From: an uncultured Alphaproteobacteria bacterium | GTDB lineage: Bacteria; Pseudomonadota; Alphaproteobacteria; HIMB59; GCA-002718135 | Assembly (NCBI GenBank): GCA_902539825.1 | Contig: CACBMH010000004.1 | Location: 1-61,466, forward strand | Direction: 5' to 3' | Length of the DNA stretch: 61,466 bases | Shown here: positions 30,847 to 40,932 of the stretch, one piece after another | Layout: each line of letters begins with the position of its first letter | Numbering within the stretch: the stretch's first letter is position 1 | The notes under the pieces: model-generated | Told to the model about the DNA's origin: nothing | Database searches by the model: none | The model's input: only the letters and a program-made list of their open reading frames with translations | Position numbers and translations under genes: made by a program

Positions 30847-31222
30847 TAAAAAATATTTAAATATCTCAGAAGTATCTAAAATGCTTCAGATAGAAGAACA
30901 TAAAATTAGATATTGGGATTCTATTGATCCTAAAACTCATAAATATAGGGTTGAGGGAATATCTACTAAGAGTAAAGGTGGGACCAGGTATTTTAATAAA
31001 GAAAATATAAAGAAGTTAAAAACACTCAAAAATATCCTCTACGATGGTGAAAAATACAATTACTCTATTAAGTTGGCAGACAAAATCTTATCTTCCAATA
31101 TTAGTAAAAATCCACAAATAGATAGAAATAATTTAGAATATCAATCTCTAAATAATGATGAAAAAATTGAACAGATTCTTAATAAAATGAGACTTTTGTT
31201 GAAAAACAATAAAGATAATTAA
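30827..31222 (+). CDS. MerR-family HTH regulator
   Basis: YLNISEVSKML.IEEHKIRYWD..GGTRYF; ihfA-merR synteny. Confidence 0.85.
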   Translation: MIKLVTNKKYLNISEVSKMLQIEEHKIRYWDSIDPKTHKYRVEGISTKSKGGTRYFNKENIKKLKTLKNILYDGEKYNYSIKLADKILSSNISKNPQIDRNNLEYQSLNNDEKIEQILNKMRLLLKNNKDN

Positions 31223-31378
31223 TCAATAAAAAAAAAATCCATATTTTTCAATAACTTATATTGATAATTTATACAAAAAATTAGAAAAAAAAAATTATTT
31301 TTAATGTTTTATTTGTTCGTCAATTAAAATATATGAAGCTCATCTTATTAGTAAGGAAACAAACTATAAGGAGTTTTT

Positions 31379-32143
31379 ATGTTAAATAAGACTAGTCTAC
31401 TAGGCATTATTGCTGCAACAATAGCTTTTATAGCTGTACCAGCATTTGCCGCAGATACTTTCTTAGGTGAAGGTGATTTCGTAGGTATCACGTTTTGGAT
31501 TGTTTCAATTGGAATGTGGGCATCTACTATTTTCTTCTTTTACGAAGGTATGAGAGTTTCTTCTAAATGGAGAACTTCAATGGTTGTTGCAGGGCTAATT
31601 ACGTTTATAGCTGCTGTACACTACATGTATATGAGAGACTTTTGGGTTGCTACAGGTGAGTCACCAACAGTATATAGATATATTGACTGGATACTAACTG
31701 TACCACTTCAAATGGTTGAATTCTTTTTAATTCTTGTTGCTGCTGGCGCAGCTGTATCTAGTGGTGCTTTCTACAGATTGCTCATTGGTACACTTGTTAT
31801 GATAGTTGGTGGATACCTTGGGGAAGCGGGTCATATTTCAGTATTACTTGGTTTCATTATAGGTATGATCGGTTGGGCTGTAATCATTTGGGAAATCTTC
31901 CGAGGTGAGGCAAGTCAAGCTGCTACAACTAAAGAATCAGTAACATCTGCATTTAATGCAATGAGATTAATTGTATTAGTTGGATGGGCAATCTATCCTC
32001 TAGGATATGTATTCGGTTTAATGATGGGTTCAGTTGATGCTGATACTCTAAACTGGATTTATAACCTTGCAGATTTTATTAATAAAATCCTATTTGGTTT
32101 AATTATCTGGAACGCTGCTGCTAAAGACTCAGCAACTGCATAA
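31379..32143 (+). CDS. Proteorhodopsin, DTE proton pump, blue-tuned (Gln105)
   Basis: RYIDWILTVPLQMVEF (D97/T101/Q105/E108), HYMYM (H75), LADFINKILFG (D227/K231); signal peptide; AAGGAG SD. Confidence 0.97.
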   Translation: MLNKTSLLGIIAATIAFIAVPAFAADTFLGEGDFVGITFWIVSIGMWASTIFFFYEGMRVSSKWRTSMVVAGLITFIAAVHYMYMRDFWVATGESPTVYRYIDWILTVPLQMVEFFLILVAAGAAVSSGAFYRLLIGTLVMIVGGYLGEAGHISVLLGFIIGMIGWAVIIWEIFRGEASQAATTKESVTSAFNAMRLIVLVGWAIYPLGYVFGLMMGSVDADTLNWIYNLADFINKILFGLIIWNAAAKDSATA

Positions 32144-32163
32144 TTAAATATCAAAATAATATC

Positions 32164-32193
32164 AAAAAACCCTCTATTTAGAGGGTTTTTTTT
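32164..32193 (+). terminator. Rho-independent terminator (probably bidirectional) after proteorhodopsin
   Basis: AAAAAA-CCCTCT-ATTT-AGAGGG-TTTTTTTT. Confidence 0.88.
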
Positions 32194-32239
32194 ATTAAAT
32201 TATTGACTTAATTTTTCAATATATGTATTTGAGCACGCG

Positions 32240-32698
32240 ATGAAAACATTCTCTCTAAAAAGAAGTGAAATTAATAAAAAGTGGGTCTTAATTGACGCAA
32301 AAAATGTAGTTTTAGGAAGACTTGCAGTTATTTCTGCTAACATTTTAAGAGGTAAAAATAAGCCTGAATATACTCCTAATCAAGATTGTGGAGATAATTT
32401 GATTATAATCAATTCTGATAAAATTCATCTAAAAGGCAAAAAGGCTGACAATAAAATCTATTACAGACACACTGGGTATCCAGGTGGTATTAAAGAAACA
32501 ACTCCTAACAAAATGAAGGAGAAAAATAAATCTGATGAAATGGTTAAACTTGCTATAAAAAGAATGATTCCAAAAGGACCACTAGGAAGAAAACAATTAT
32601 CTAACTGTAAGATATTTAGAGATGAAAATCATAAGCATGAAGCTCAAAACCCTCAAACAATTGATATAGCATCAATGAATATTAAAAATAAAATTTAA
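32240..32698 (+). CDS. rplM: 50S ribosomal protein L13
   Basis: [41 protein letters not shown]. Confidence 0.97.
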   Translation: MKTFSLKRSEINKKWVLIDAKNVVLGRLAVISANILRGKNKPEYTPNQDCGDNLIIINSDKIHLKGKKADNKIYYRHTGYPGGIKETTPNKMKEKNKSDEMVKLAIKRMIPKGPLGRKQLSNCKIFRDENHKHEAQNPQTIDIASMNIKNKI

Positions 32699-32700
32699 CT

Positions 32701-33129
32701 ATGGAAAATCAAGAAATTCAAACTGACAGTATTTTAGATAACAAAGAAAGAGCTTACGCTACAGGAAAAAGAAAAAATTCTATTGCTAGAGTCTGGTTAA
32801 AAAGAGGTAGTGGTGAGATTAAAATCAATGGCAAACCTTTGGATAAATACTTTTCTAGACCAGTGCTTCAAATGATAGTAAATCAACCATTAGATGTTGT
32901 GAATTCAGACAACGTGTATGAGATAATGGCTACGGTTAAAGGTGGAGGCCTTTCAGGTCAAGCTGGTGCTATAAGACATGGTATTAGCAAAGCACTAAGC
33001 TTATATGATCAATCAAATAGACCTCCTTTAAAAAAAGTAGGCTTTCTTACAAGAGATCCAAGAGTTGTTGAAAGAAAAAAAGCTGGCCTTGCAAAAGCCA
33101 GAAGAAGTTACCAATTCTCTAAGAGATAA
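32701..33129 (+). CDS. rpsI: 30S ribosomal protein S9
   Basis: [36 protein letters not shown]. Confidence 0.97.
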   Translation: MENQEIQTDSILDNKERAYATGKRKNSIARVWLKRGSGEIKINGKPLDKYFSRPVLQMIVNQPLDVVNSDNVYEIMATVKGGGLSGQAGAIRHGISKALSLYDQSNRPPLKKVGFLTRDPRVVERKKAGLAKARRSYQFSKR

Positions 33130-33135
33130 ATTTTC

Positions 33136-34164
33136 ATGAAAGATAAGATTAGAGTAGCCGTTTTAGGCTCAACTGGCTATGTTGGTATGGAGTTGGTAAA
33201 GATTCTATCAAATCATTCTCACGTAGATATAAATTTTTTAGGATCAGAAACTATTCATGAAAGGTATCTAAATAATATTGAAAATACAAAAGAATATAAC
33301 CAACTTCCTCTATTAAAACCAAATGATGGTTTCAATGCTGATGATAGTGATTATGTATTCTTAGCCCTACCTCATGCAGTATCTAACAAATATGTAAAAA
33401 AATATTTTGATAAAATTAATATTATAGATTTATCAGCTGATTTTAGATTAGATAATTTTGATGATTATAAAAAAAATTATGGCAATGAACATGAATGCAA
33501 AGAGTATTTAAACAGCTTTATTTATGGTCTTGTTGAAATAAATAGAGAAAAAATATTAAATTCAAAAAATATTGCAGTACCTGGTTGTTACCCAACTTCT
33601 ATTTTATTACCATTAATACCTTTAATAAAAAATAAGTTTATCAATACGGAGAATATAATTATAGATTCAAAATCAGGCTATAGTGGAGCAGGAAAGAAAT
33701 TTGATTTCAATAAAATGAAATCAAAAAATGATTATAATTTCTATAATTATAATACAAATAATCACAGGCATATTGCAGAAATTAAACAAGAGCTTAATAA
33801 GCATAATTCAGAAAATGAAATAAAATTTTCATTTAATCCTCACATTCTACCTAATTTTAGAGGTATGATTTCTACAATTTACTGTGATCTCAATAATAGT
33901 GTTAAAAAAAATGATATTATAAATCTTTTTCACGAATTACAAAACATAAATCCTTTTTTAAAATATATTGATAATGATGAACCTCTTGATTTTTTTTCTG
34001 TTCAAAATTCAAATTATTGTAAAATTAAAATATTTAATCATCATAGTGACAACAAAATAATTATAGTGAGTGCAATAGATAATTTAATCAAGGGTGCTGC
34101 TGGTCAAGCAGTACAATGTTTTAATATAGTTGAAAATATTGAAGAAACAGTATCTTTAGTATGA
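33136..34164 (+). CDS. argC: N-acetyl-gamma-glutamyl-phosphate reductase
   Basis: GSTGYVG, FLALPH, IDLSADFR, PGCYPT, SGYSGAG, IDNLIKGAAGQAVQ. Confidence 0.96.
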   Translation: MKDKIRVAVLGSTGYVGMELVKILSNHSHVDINFLGSETIHERYLNNIENTKEYNQLPLLKPNDGFNADDSDYVFLALPHAVSNKYVKKYFDKINIIDLSADFRLDNFDDYKKNYGNEHECKEYLNSFIYGLVEINREKILNSKNIAVPGCYPTSILLPLIPLIKNKFINTENIIIDSKSGYSGAGKKFDFNKMKSKNDYNFYNYNTNNHRHIAEIKQELNKHNSENEIKFSFNPHILPNFRGMISTIYCDLNNSVKKNDIINLFHELQNINPFLKYIDNDEPLDFFSVQNSNYCKIKIFNHHSDNKIIIVSAIDNLIKGAAGQAVQCFNIVENIEETVSLV

Positions 34165-34346
34165 ATAAATATTTTACAATTTTTCTTCTATTTTTTTCTA
34201 TCGTTTCCTGCGGATATCCTGATATTGATAATGTACCTGATTTTAAAGACACAAAATTGAATGATGAAGAAATATTAGAATATTGTAGTATTTCTAATAC
34301 TGATAAAAAAGATATAGATAAATGTATTAATGATTATAAAAACTAA
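34161..34346 (+). CDS. Small putative lipoprotein
   Basis: Hydrophobic signal with lipobox IVSC-GYPDID; two more Cys; coupled to argC by an ATGA overlap. Confidence 0.65.
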   Translation: MNKYFTIFLLFFSIVSCGYPDIDNVPDFKDTKLNDEEILEYCSISNTDKKDIDKCINDYKN

Positions 34347-34354
34347 ATATTATT

Positions 34355-35653
34355 ATGAATAAGCTTAATATTGGTATAGCGGGATTAGGAAATGTTGGAT
34401 CAGCATTGGTTGAGTCAATTGAAGAAAATAAAAATTATTTTTTAGCTAAAACAGATGTTGAATTTAATATCATTGGAATATCTGCCAAAACTAAAAATAA
34501 AAAAAGAAACTTCAATATATCAAATTATACTTGGTATGACGATCCAAGAGAAATGTCTAAAGATGATAATTGTAACGTAATTGTTGAATTAATTGGCGAA
34601 GAAAAAGGAATTAGCTATGAAATAATTGAAACAGCATTAAAAAATAAAAAACATGTAGTAACAGGAAATAAAGCTTTAATAGCTAATTATGGAAAAGAAT
34701 TATTTGAATTAGCTAATATACATTCACTAGCCTTATCGTATGAGGCTGCTGTTGCAGGTGGTATCCCAATTATAAAAACAATAAAAAATTCTATTAGCTT
34801 AGATAGAATTAATAAAATTTCTGGAATTTTAAATGGAACTACAAATTACATTTTAACTAAAATGCAACAAGATAATTTGTCTTTTGATGAAGTTCTTAAA
34901 ATTGCTAAAGATAAAGGATTTACTTCTGATCAGGAATCAAAATTAGATATTGGTGGATATGATGCAGCTCACAAGCTAACAATATTATCAACTCTATGTT
35001 TTAAATCAAATTTAGATTTTAATAATAACTATATTGAAGGAATATCTAATATTAAAATTGAAGATATAAATTTTGCTAAAAAATTAGGATATAAGATAAA
35101 GTTAATATCTGAAGCAAGTATAATTGAAGGAAAAATTTCAAACTTTACTTCACCAAAACTAGTTTCAATGGATAATCCTTTAGCAAGTGTTGATAATGCC
35201 CTTAATGCAATTAATATTGAAACAATACATCTAGAAAATTTATTTTTAGAGGGTGAAGGAGCAGGGGGGAAGCCAACTGCCAGCTCTGTCTTGTCTGATT
35301 TATATGATATATCTCAGAATGAAAAATTTGATAATTTGGGTTTTAAAATTGATAACTTACAAACTTTTGAAAAATATTCAGCAGAAAATATAATTAATAG
35401 CTATTACCTAAGAATAATGACAGAAGACAAACCTGGTGTTCTTTCATCAATTACTAATTATTTTAGTGATTTTGATATATCTGTTAAAAAAATACTTCAA
35501 CTTCCCGAGAGTTCTGAAACAGATAATCCTATACCTATTATAATAACTACTCATAATATTCAGAGAGAAAAATTAAGTAATGTTATTAATAAAATTGAAG
35601 GTTTAGAATTTGTAAAAGAAAAAATTACTGTTCTTGCTATTCATGATAATTAA
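34355..35653 (+). CDS. hom: Homoserine dehydrogenase with C-terminal ACT domain
   Basis: GLGNVG, HVVTGNKAL, YEAAVAGGIP, NGTTNYIL, GAGGKPTASSV, YYLR..DKPGVL. Confidence 0.96.
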   Translation: MNKLNIGIAGLGNVGSALVESIEENKNYFLAKTDVEFNIIGISAKTKNKKRNFNISNYTWYDDPREMSKDDNCNVIVELIGEEKGISYEIIETALKNKKHVVTGNKALIANYGKELFELANIHSLALSYEAAVAGGIPIIKTIKNSISLDRINKISGILNGTTNYILTKMQQDNLSFDEVLKIAKDKGFTSDQESKLDIGGYDAAHKLTILSTLCFKSNLDFNNNYIEGISNIKIEDINFAKKLGYKIKLISEASIIEGKISNFTSPKLVSMDNPLASVDNALNAINIETIHLENLFLEGEGAGGKPTASSVLSDLYDISQNEKFDNLGFKIDNLQTFEKYSAENIINSYYLRIMTEDKPGVLSSITNYFSDFDISVKKILQLPESSETDNPIPIIITTHNIQREKLSNVINKIEGLEFVKEKITVLAIHDN

Positions 35654-35658
35654 TTAAT

Positions 35659-37404
35659 GTGAATATTGAAAAATCACTATCTGATAAATTTTGGGAAGAA
35701 AAGGAAATAGACTTTAAGCACATTCAAGCTCTTTCACAAAAGAAATCAATTTCTGAAATTTTTTCAAAACTTCTAATTTCAAGAGGTGTCTTCGAAGATA
35801 ATTATGATCACTATATAAATCCTAATCTTTTAGATAATCTTCCAGATCCTTTTGAACTTAAAGATATGAAAAAAGGAATTGAAAGATGTATTGAGGCTTT
35901 AAAAAACAATGAAAAGATTGGAATAATCGCTGATTATGATGTTGATGGATCCACTTCTGCATCAATTTTATATAGGTTTTTAAATAATTATACCAACAAT
36001 CTTGTTTGCAAAATACCTAATAGATTGTCAGAGGGTTATGGTCCAAATGTCAGACTTATGAATGAAATGCTTAATGAAAATACTACACTCTTGTTTACAC
36101 TGGATTGTGGAACATCAGCATTTAACTCAATTGATTTGCCTGATTTCAAAAGTATTGAGGTTATAGTAATAGATCATCATTTAAGTGAATTTAAACTTCC
36201 AAAAGTCCATTCAGTAATTAATCCAAATCGTTTTGATGAAAACAATAATTATAAAGATTTTGCTGCAGTAGCAGTAACATTTCTATTTTTAATGGGATTA
36301 AGGAAGCAAATTAGAGAATTAAATTTATTTCCAAATATAAAAGAACCGAATTTAATGTCATATTTAGACTTAGTTGCTGTTGGAACAATTTGCGATATTG
36401 TCAATATTAACAATTACAATAGATCAATTGTTAGTAAGGGTTTGGAACTCATTAGAAGTCGAAAAAATAAATCAATAACAAAAATATTAGATAACTCTAA
36501 TATTAATCATGAGCCTTTATCCAAAGATATTGGATTTGTTTTAGGGCCACAAATTAATGCTGCGAGTAGAATTGATGATTCTTCTTTATCTTCCAAACTT
36601 TTGATAACAAATGATGATTCTGAAATTGAAACTATTTCTAGAAAACTATTTTTAATCAATGAAAAAAGAAAATTAATTGAACAAAATATATTTAATGAAG
36701 CAATTGAGCAAATAAAAGATCAAGAAAATAAAAAATTTATTATTGTCTATAAAGAGAATTGGCATCAAGGTGTTTTAGGTATAGTTGCCAGTAAAATAGT
36801 AGCTCTTTATAATAAGCCAACATTTGTATTTTCTTTTATTAATAATACTGGATCTGGCTCAGGTAGATCTATAGATCAAATTGATATTGGTAGTATTGTT
36901 CTTGAACTTAAGGCAAATGATTTAATAGAAGATGGTGGCGGTCATACAATGGCCGTAGGCTTAAAAATAAATAAAAAAAAATTAGATAAAATAGATAATT
37001 TTTTAGTTAAAAAATTTGATTCATATCATGATAATTTTTTTGAAAAAAAAATATTTTATGACAGTGAAATTTCTGTAAATCAAATAAACAAAGATTTTTT
37101 AGATAATTTAGAATTATTAGAACCTCACGGCAAAGGAAATGAAGAACCTCAATTTTTAATCAAAGATATAGTAATTGATCAGGTTAAAAATCTAAAAAAT
37201 AAACATATTTTAATTTTTTTTAAAAATGATTTAGGTGAAAATATAAAGGGGATTTCATTCAATAGTATTAATACTCCAGTTGGTGATTATCTTATGAAGT
37301 TTAATAAATTTAAATTTCATATCTTGTGTTCTATTAAAAAAGATAACTTTTCAAATACTCAGATGCCCCAAATACTGATTCATGACGTGAAAGTAATCAA
37401 TTAA
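35659..37404 (+). CDS. recJ: Single-stranded-DNA exonuclease RecJ
   Basis: DYDVDG, DCG, IDHH (DHH motif), WHQGVLGIVAS, GSGRS, GGHTMAVG. Confidence 0.95.
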   Translation: MNIEKSLSDKFWEEKEIDFKHIQALSQKKSISEIFSKLLISRGVFEDNYDHYINPNLLDNLPDPFELKDMKKGIERCIEALKNNEKIGIIADYDVDGSTSASILYRFLNNYTNNLVCKIPNRLSEGYGPNVRLMNEMLNENTTLLFTLDCGTSAFNSIDLPDFKSIEVIVIDHHLSEFKLPKVHSVINPNRFDENNNYKDFAAVAVTFLFLMGLRKQIRELNLFPNIKEPNLMSYLDLVAVGTICDIVNINNYNRSIVSKGLELIRSRKNKSITKILDNSNINHEPLSKDIGFVLGPQINAASRIDDSSLSSKLLITNDDSEIETISRKLFLINEKRKLIEQNIFNEAIEQIKDQENKKFIIVYKENWHQGVLGIVASKIVALYNKPTFVFSFINNTGSGSGRSIDQIDIGSIVLELKANDLIEDGGGHTMAVGLKINKKKLDKIDNFLVKKFDSYHDNFFEKKIFYDSEISVNQINKDFLDNLELLEPHGKGNEEPQFLIKDIVIDQVKNLKNKHILIFFKNDLGENIKGISFNSINTPVGDYLMKFNKFKFHILCSIKKDNFSNTQMPQILIHDVKVIN

Positions 37405-37409
37405 ATAAT

Positions 37410-37438
37410 TTGAAAAAAATCAAAATATCTACTATATA
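37410..37438 (+). promoter_or_regulatory. Putative sigma70 promoter of tRNA-Glu
   Basis: TTGAAA-N17-TATATA ending 10 nt before the tRNA; the AT-rich background lowers specificity. Confidence 0.45.
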
Positions 37439-37448
37439 CCAACCACGT

Positions 37449-37523
37449 GTCCCCTTCGTCTATCGGTTAGGACATCAGGTTTTCATCCTGAAAAGAGGAG
37501 TTCGACTCTCCTAGGGGATGCCA
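37449..37523 (+). tRNA. tRNA-Glu(TTC)
   Basis: GTCCCCT/AGGGGAT acceptor, TCAGG-TTTTCAT-CCTGA anticodon arm, GTTCGAC T-loop, CCA. Confidence 0.96.
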
Positions 37524-37528
37524 CTAAT

Positions 37529-38515
37529 TTAGGGGCACAGAATTATTGACCCCACTGAATTCCTTGATTGAATTAGCTCATGAGCCTCACTAGCTTCGGA
37601 TAATTTAAATTTTTTGAATATATTAGGCTTAATTTCTTTATTTTTAATTTTTAAAAACAATTTGTTACTACACTCTTCTAGCTCTTCTGAATTACGAATA
37701 TAATGCATTAATGTTGGTCTAGTATAATATAAACTTTTAGGATTAAATGTACTGTGAAGATTTACATCATTTACCATTCCGGAGGATTGTCCAAAAGATA
37801 CCATTAGCCCTCTAAATTTTAAGCATTTTAAAGATATATTAAATGTATCTTTTCCGACTCCATCATAAACAACATTTACTCCTTCATTGTTTGTTAATTT
37901 TAAAACATTACTATGAACATCATCTTGTTTATAATTTATAGTGAATTCACATCCATTTTTTTTTGCTAATGATTCTTTTTCATCAGTACTAACGGTGCCT
38001 ATCATTTTAGCTCCTATGGATTTTGCCCATTGACTAGCAATTAAGCCAACACCTCCTGCAGCTGCATGAAATAAAAAAACTTCATCTTTTTGTAATTTAT
38101 ACAATCTTTCAAAAAGGTATTCGACGGTCATTCCCTGCAATAATATTGAAGCAGCTTCATCATTTGAAATATATTCTGGTAATTTTACAACCCTTCGGGC
38201 ATCAAAATCTCTAACTTCACAATAAGCACCAATTGGAGGGCTAAAGGAGTAAGCTACTCTATCACCAACTTTTAAGTTCGATACATTATCTCCAATTTCT
38301 ATAACATCTCCTGCTGCTTCTACTCCTAAACAGAAAGGGATTTCTATAGGTAACGGATATATTCCTGTTCTATGATACGTATCTATGTAATTAATACCAA
38401 TTGAAGTTTGGTTAATTCTGACCATATTTTCTTCAATATTTTTAGGTAAGTCATAGTTTTCATATTTTAAAACTTCTGGACCACCTAGCTTACTGACTAC
38501 AACTCTATTTGGCAT
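37529..38515 (-). CDS. qor: NADPH:quinone oxidoreductase (zeta-crystallin/Qor)
   Basis: GINYIDTYHRTGIYP, HAAAGGVG, VYDGVGK, VSFGQSSG, RPTL. Confidence 0.92.
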   Translation of the reverse strand: MPNRVVVSKLGGPEVLKYENYDLPKNIEENMVRINQTSIGINYIDTYHRTGIYPLPIEIPFCLGVEAAGDVIEIGDNVSNLKVGDRVAYSFSPPIGAYCEVRDFDARRVVKLPEYISNDEAASILLQGMTVEYLFERLYKLQKDEVFLFHAAAGGVGLIASQWAKSIGAKMIGTVSTDEKESLAKKNGCEFTINYKQDDVHSNVLKLTNNEGVNVVYDGVGKDTFNISLKCLKFRGLMVSFGQSSGMVNDVNLHSTFNPKSLYYTRPTLMHYIRNSEELEECSNKLFLKIKNKEIKPNIFKKFKLSEASEAHELIQSRNSVGSIILCP

Positions 38516-40454
38516 AATTATTCTTTAAGTTTTTATACACTAATTCGAATTCTTTTAAACATTCTGGATTAGCCAATGATTCTTCATTTTCAATACTTTC
38601 ACCATTAATTAATTTTTTAATTAAAATTTCAACTATTTTACCACTTCTAGTTCTTGGTATTTCACTAATAGCATATATTTGTGAGGGAATATGCTTGTAA
38701 GAAAGATTAATTTTTATTTCATCTATAATTTTAGACCTTAAATTTTCATTAAATTCAAAATTATTATTCAAGACAACAAATAATATAATTTGTGTATCAT
38801 TTTTTAATTTATATTCCACTGCAACAGCTTCCTGAACTTCTGTAATATTTTCAATTACTCTATAAATTTCTGCAGTACCTATTCTTACTCCTCCAGAATT
38901 TAGAGTTGCATCTGATCGGCCATAAATTACATAACCACCATTTATAGTTTTTTCAATATAATCCCCATGATACCAAATGTTTTCATATTTACTAAAATAA
39001 GAATTAAAATATTTTTTATTATCATGATCGTTCCAAAAATATAAAGGCATTGATGGAAAAGAAGATTTACATACTAGCTCTCCTTTTTGATTTTCAATTG
39101 AATTTCCTTTTTCATCAAATACATCAACATCCATTCCAAGAGCTTTACACTGAATTTCACCACTATAGACATCCATTAACGGATTACCGGTAACAAAACA
39201 CGAAACTAAATCAGTACCACCACTTATAGATTCAAGATGAATATTTGATTTGATGTTTTCATAAACGTATTCAAATGATTCATTAACCAAAGGAGATCCT
39301 GTTGAAGCTAGTGTATTTAAACTATTTAATTTAAAACTTTCTTTAATTTTAATTTTATTATTTTTTAAAGTATCTAAATATTTTGCACCAGTGCCAAAAA
39401 AATTAATGCCTTCTTCTTCTGCTATTTCAAAAAGATGTTTATTATCGGGAATAAAAGGCGATCCATCATATAAAATTATTGTTGCTTTTGACGCCAAAGC
39501 AGAAACTAACCAATTCCACATCATCCACCCACAAGTAGTAAAATAAAAAACTCTATCTTTTTCATTAATATTACAATGTAATACGTGTTCTTTTTTATGT
39601 TGTATTAGCGCTCCGCCAGAACTGTGAACAATACATTTTGGTACTCCAGTAGTTCCACTCGAATAAAGAATATACAGTGGGTGATTAAAATTAAACCTTT
39701 CAAATTTACTATACGCAATTTCTTGTTGTAAAATCTTGCACAAATTATCGTATTCAAAATCTAATTGATAATCTGTTTCATTAAATTCATATGGTATTAA
39801 AATAATTTTTTCTATACTTGGGATATTATATACAACATCTTTTATAATTTTTGTCGTATCAACTTTTTTATTGTTATAAAAATAATAATCTGAAAATAAT
39901 AATACTTTTGGTTCAATTTGTTTAAATCTATCTATAATTGCTTTTTTACCAAAATCTGATGAACATGATGACCAAATAGCACCTAATTGTGCTGTAGATA
40001 AAAATGAAATTACAGTTTCAGGTATATTAGGAAGTATGGCAGCTATCCTATCATTTTTTTCAATGTTATTATTTTTTAAATAATTTGCAAATTTCAAAAC
40101 TGCACTTTTAAGCTCTCTCCAAGAGTAATTTCTTTTAATTTTTTTTTCAGAGTGAAATATTATTGCATCATCATTATCATCTCTTGTTAAACAATTTTCA
40201 GCATAATTTATCTTACATTCATCAAAAAATTTATTATTAGTAAATTCAGGTGCTGATTTAAAAATTTTACCTTTTTTTTCACCAACAAAATTTGTGAAAT
40301 CCCAAACATTAGTCCAAAATTCATTTTTATGTTTTATGCTCCAATTATGCAAGTCAGCATAATTTTTTATATTTAAACTTTTATCTAGTTGATTAATAAA
40401 CTTGTGGAGGTTTGTTTTTTTATTATTTGGAGACCACAACTTTATGTTGTGCAT
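38505..40454 (-). CDS. Acetoacetate--CoA ligase
   Basis: INYAEN, GAIWSSCSSDFG, YSSGTTGVPKCIVH, TTCGWMMWNW, SISGGTD, GRSDATLN.GGVRIGTAEIY. Confidence 0.92.
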   Translation of the reverse strand: MHNIKLWSPNNKKTNLHKFINQLDKSLNIKNYADLHNWSIKHKNEFWTNVWDFTNFVGEKKGKIFKSAPEFTNNKFFDECKINYAENCLTRDDNDDAIIFHSEKKIKRNYSWRELKSAVLKFANYLKNNNIEKNDRIAAILPNIPETVISFLSTAQLGAIWSSCSSDFGKKAIIDRFKQIEPKVLLFSDYYFYNNKKVDTTKIIKDVVYNIPSIEKIILIPYEFNETDYQLDFEYDNLCKILQQEIAYSKFERFNFNHPLYILYSSGTTGVPKCIVHSSGGALIQHKKEHVLHCNINEKDRVFYFTTCGWMMWNWLVSALASKATIILYDGSPFIPDNKHLFEIAEEEGINFFGTGAKYLDTLKNNKIKIKESFKLNSLNTLASTGSPLVNESFEYVYENIKSNIHLESISGGTDLVSCFVTGNPLMDVYSGEIQCKALGMDVDVFDEKGNSIENQKGELVCKSSFPSMPLYFWNDHDNKKYFNSYFSKYENIWYHGDYIEKTINGGYVIYGRSDATLNSGGVRIGTAEIYRVIENITEVQEAVAVEYKLKNDTQIILFVVLNNNFEFNENLRSKIIDEIKINLSYKHIPSQIYAISEIPRTRSGKIVEILIKKLINGESIENEESLANPECLKEFELVYKNLKNNYAK

Positions 40455-40460
40455 AACAAT

Positions 40461-40916
40461 TTAATTCTTTTTTTGGTCTTCTTTAAGAGATCTAACTCTG
40501 ACAATAACATCAATATTATGCAATGAGAGACAAGCAGGAATAGAAGGTATATCAAGATTAATATTTTTCGTAGGTATATCATGAATCTTACCTTCATCTT
40601 CAATATACAAATGATAATGAGATTTATTATTATTACAATAGAGTGATTTATTTTGATCAACAACTATTTCTCTTATTAATCCTAATGAGGTAAATTGTTT
40701 TAAAGTGTTATAAATTGTAGCCATAGAAATTTTTCTATCTTCTTTTTTTACTTCATCAAAAAGATTTTCAGCAGAAATATGCCTGTCACCTTTTTCAAAA
40801 ATTAATTTAGCTAAAATTCTTCTTTGTTTTGTAGGTCTTATGCCACTTTCCTCTATTTTTTTCAGTGCGCGGCTGTAAGGACTTAGAGGATCAATTACTT
40901 TGTTTTCTATTCTCAT
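40461..40916 (-). CDS. irr: Fur-family regulator, Irr (iron response regulator) type
   Basis: GIRPTKQR..LA.LIF..GDRHISAE, SMATIYNTLKQFT..GL, HYH, DVIVRV. Confidence 0.85.
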   Translation of the reverse strand: MRIENKVIDPLSPYSRALKKIEESGIRPTKQRRILAKLIFEKGDRHISAENLFDEVKKEDRKISMATIYNTLKQFTSLGLIREIVVDQNKSLYCNNNKSHYHLYIEDEGKIHDIPTKNINLDIPSIPACLSLHNIDVIVRVRSLKEDQKKN

Positions 40917-40932
40917 AATATTATAATAAGTA
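40917..40932. promoter_or_regulatory. Putative bidirectional -10 promoter core between irr and the alpha/beta hydrolase
   Basis: 16-bp spacer AATATTATAATAAGTA with TATAAT on + and TATAAT/TATTAT on -, a few nt from each ATG. Confidence 0.45.

Noticed and set aside
31379-32143. Carotenoid-antenna (fenestrated) or Na+/Cl- pumping rhodopsin
   Set aside because: Helix E keeps Phe (GFIIG, equivalent to GPR F152) and the motif is DTE, not NDQ or NTQ.
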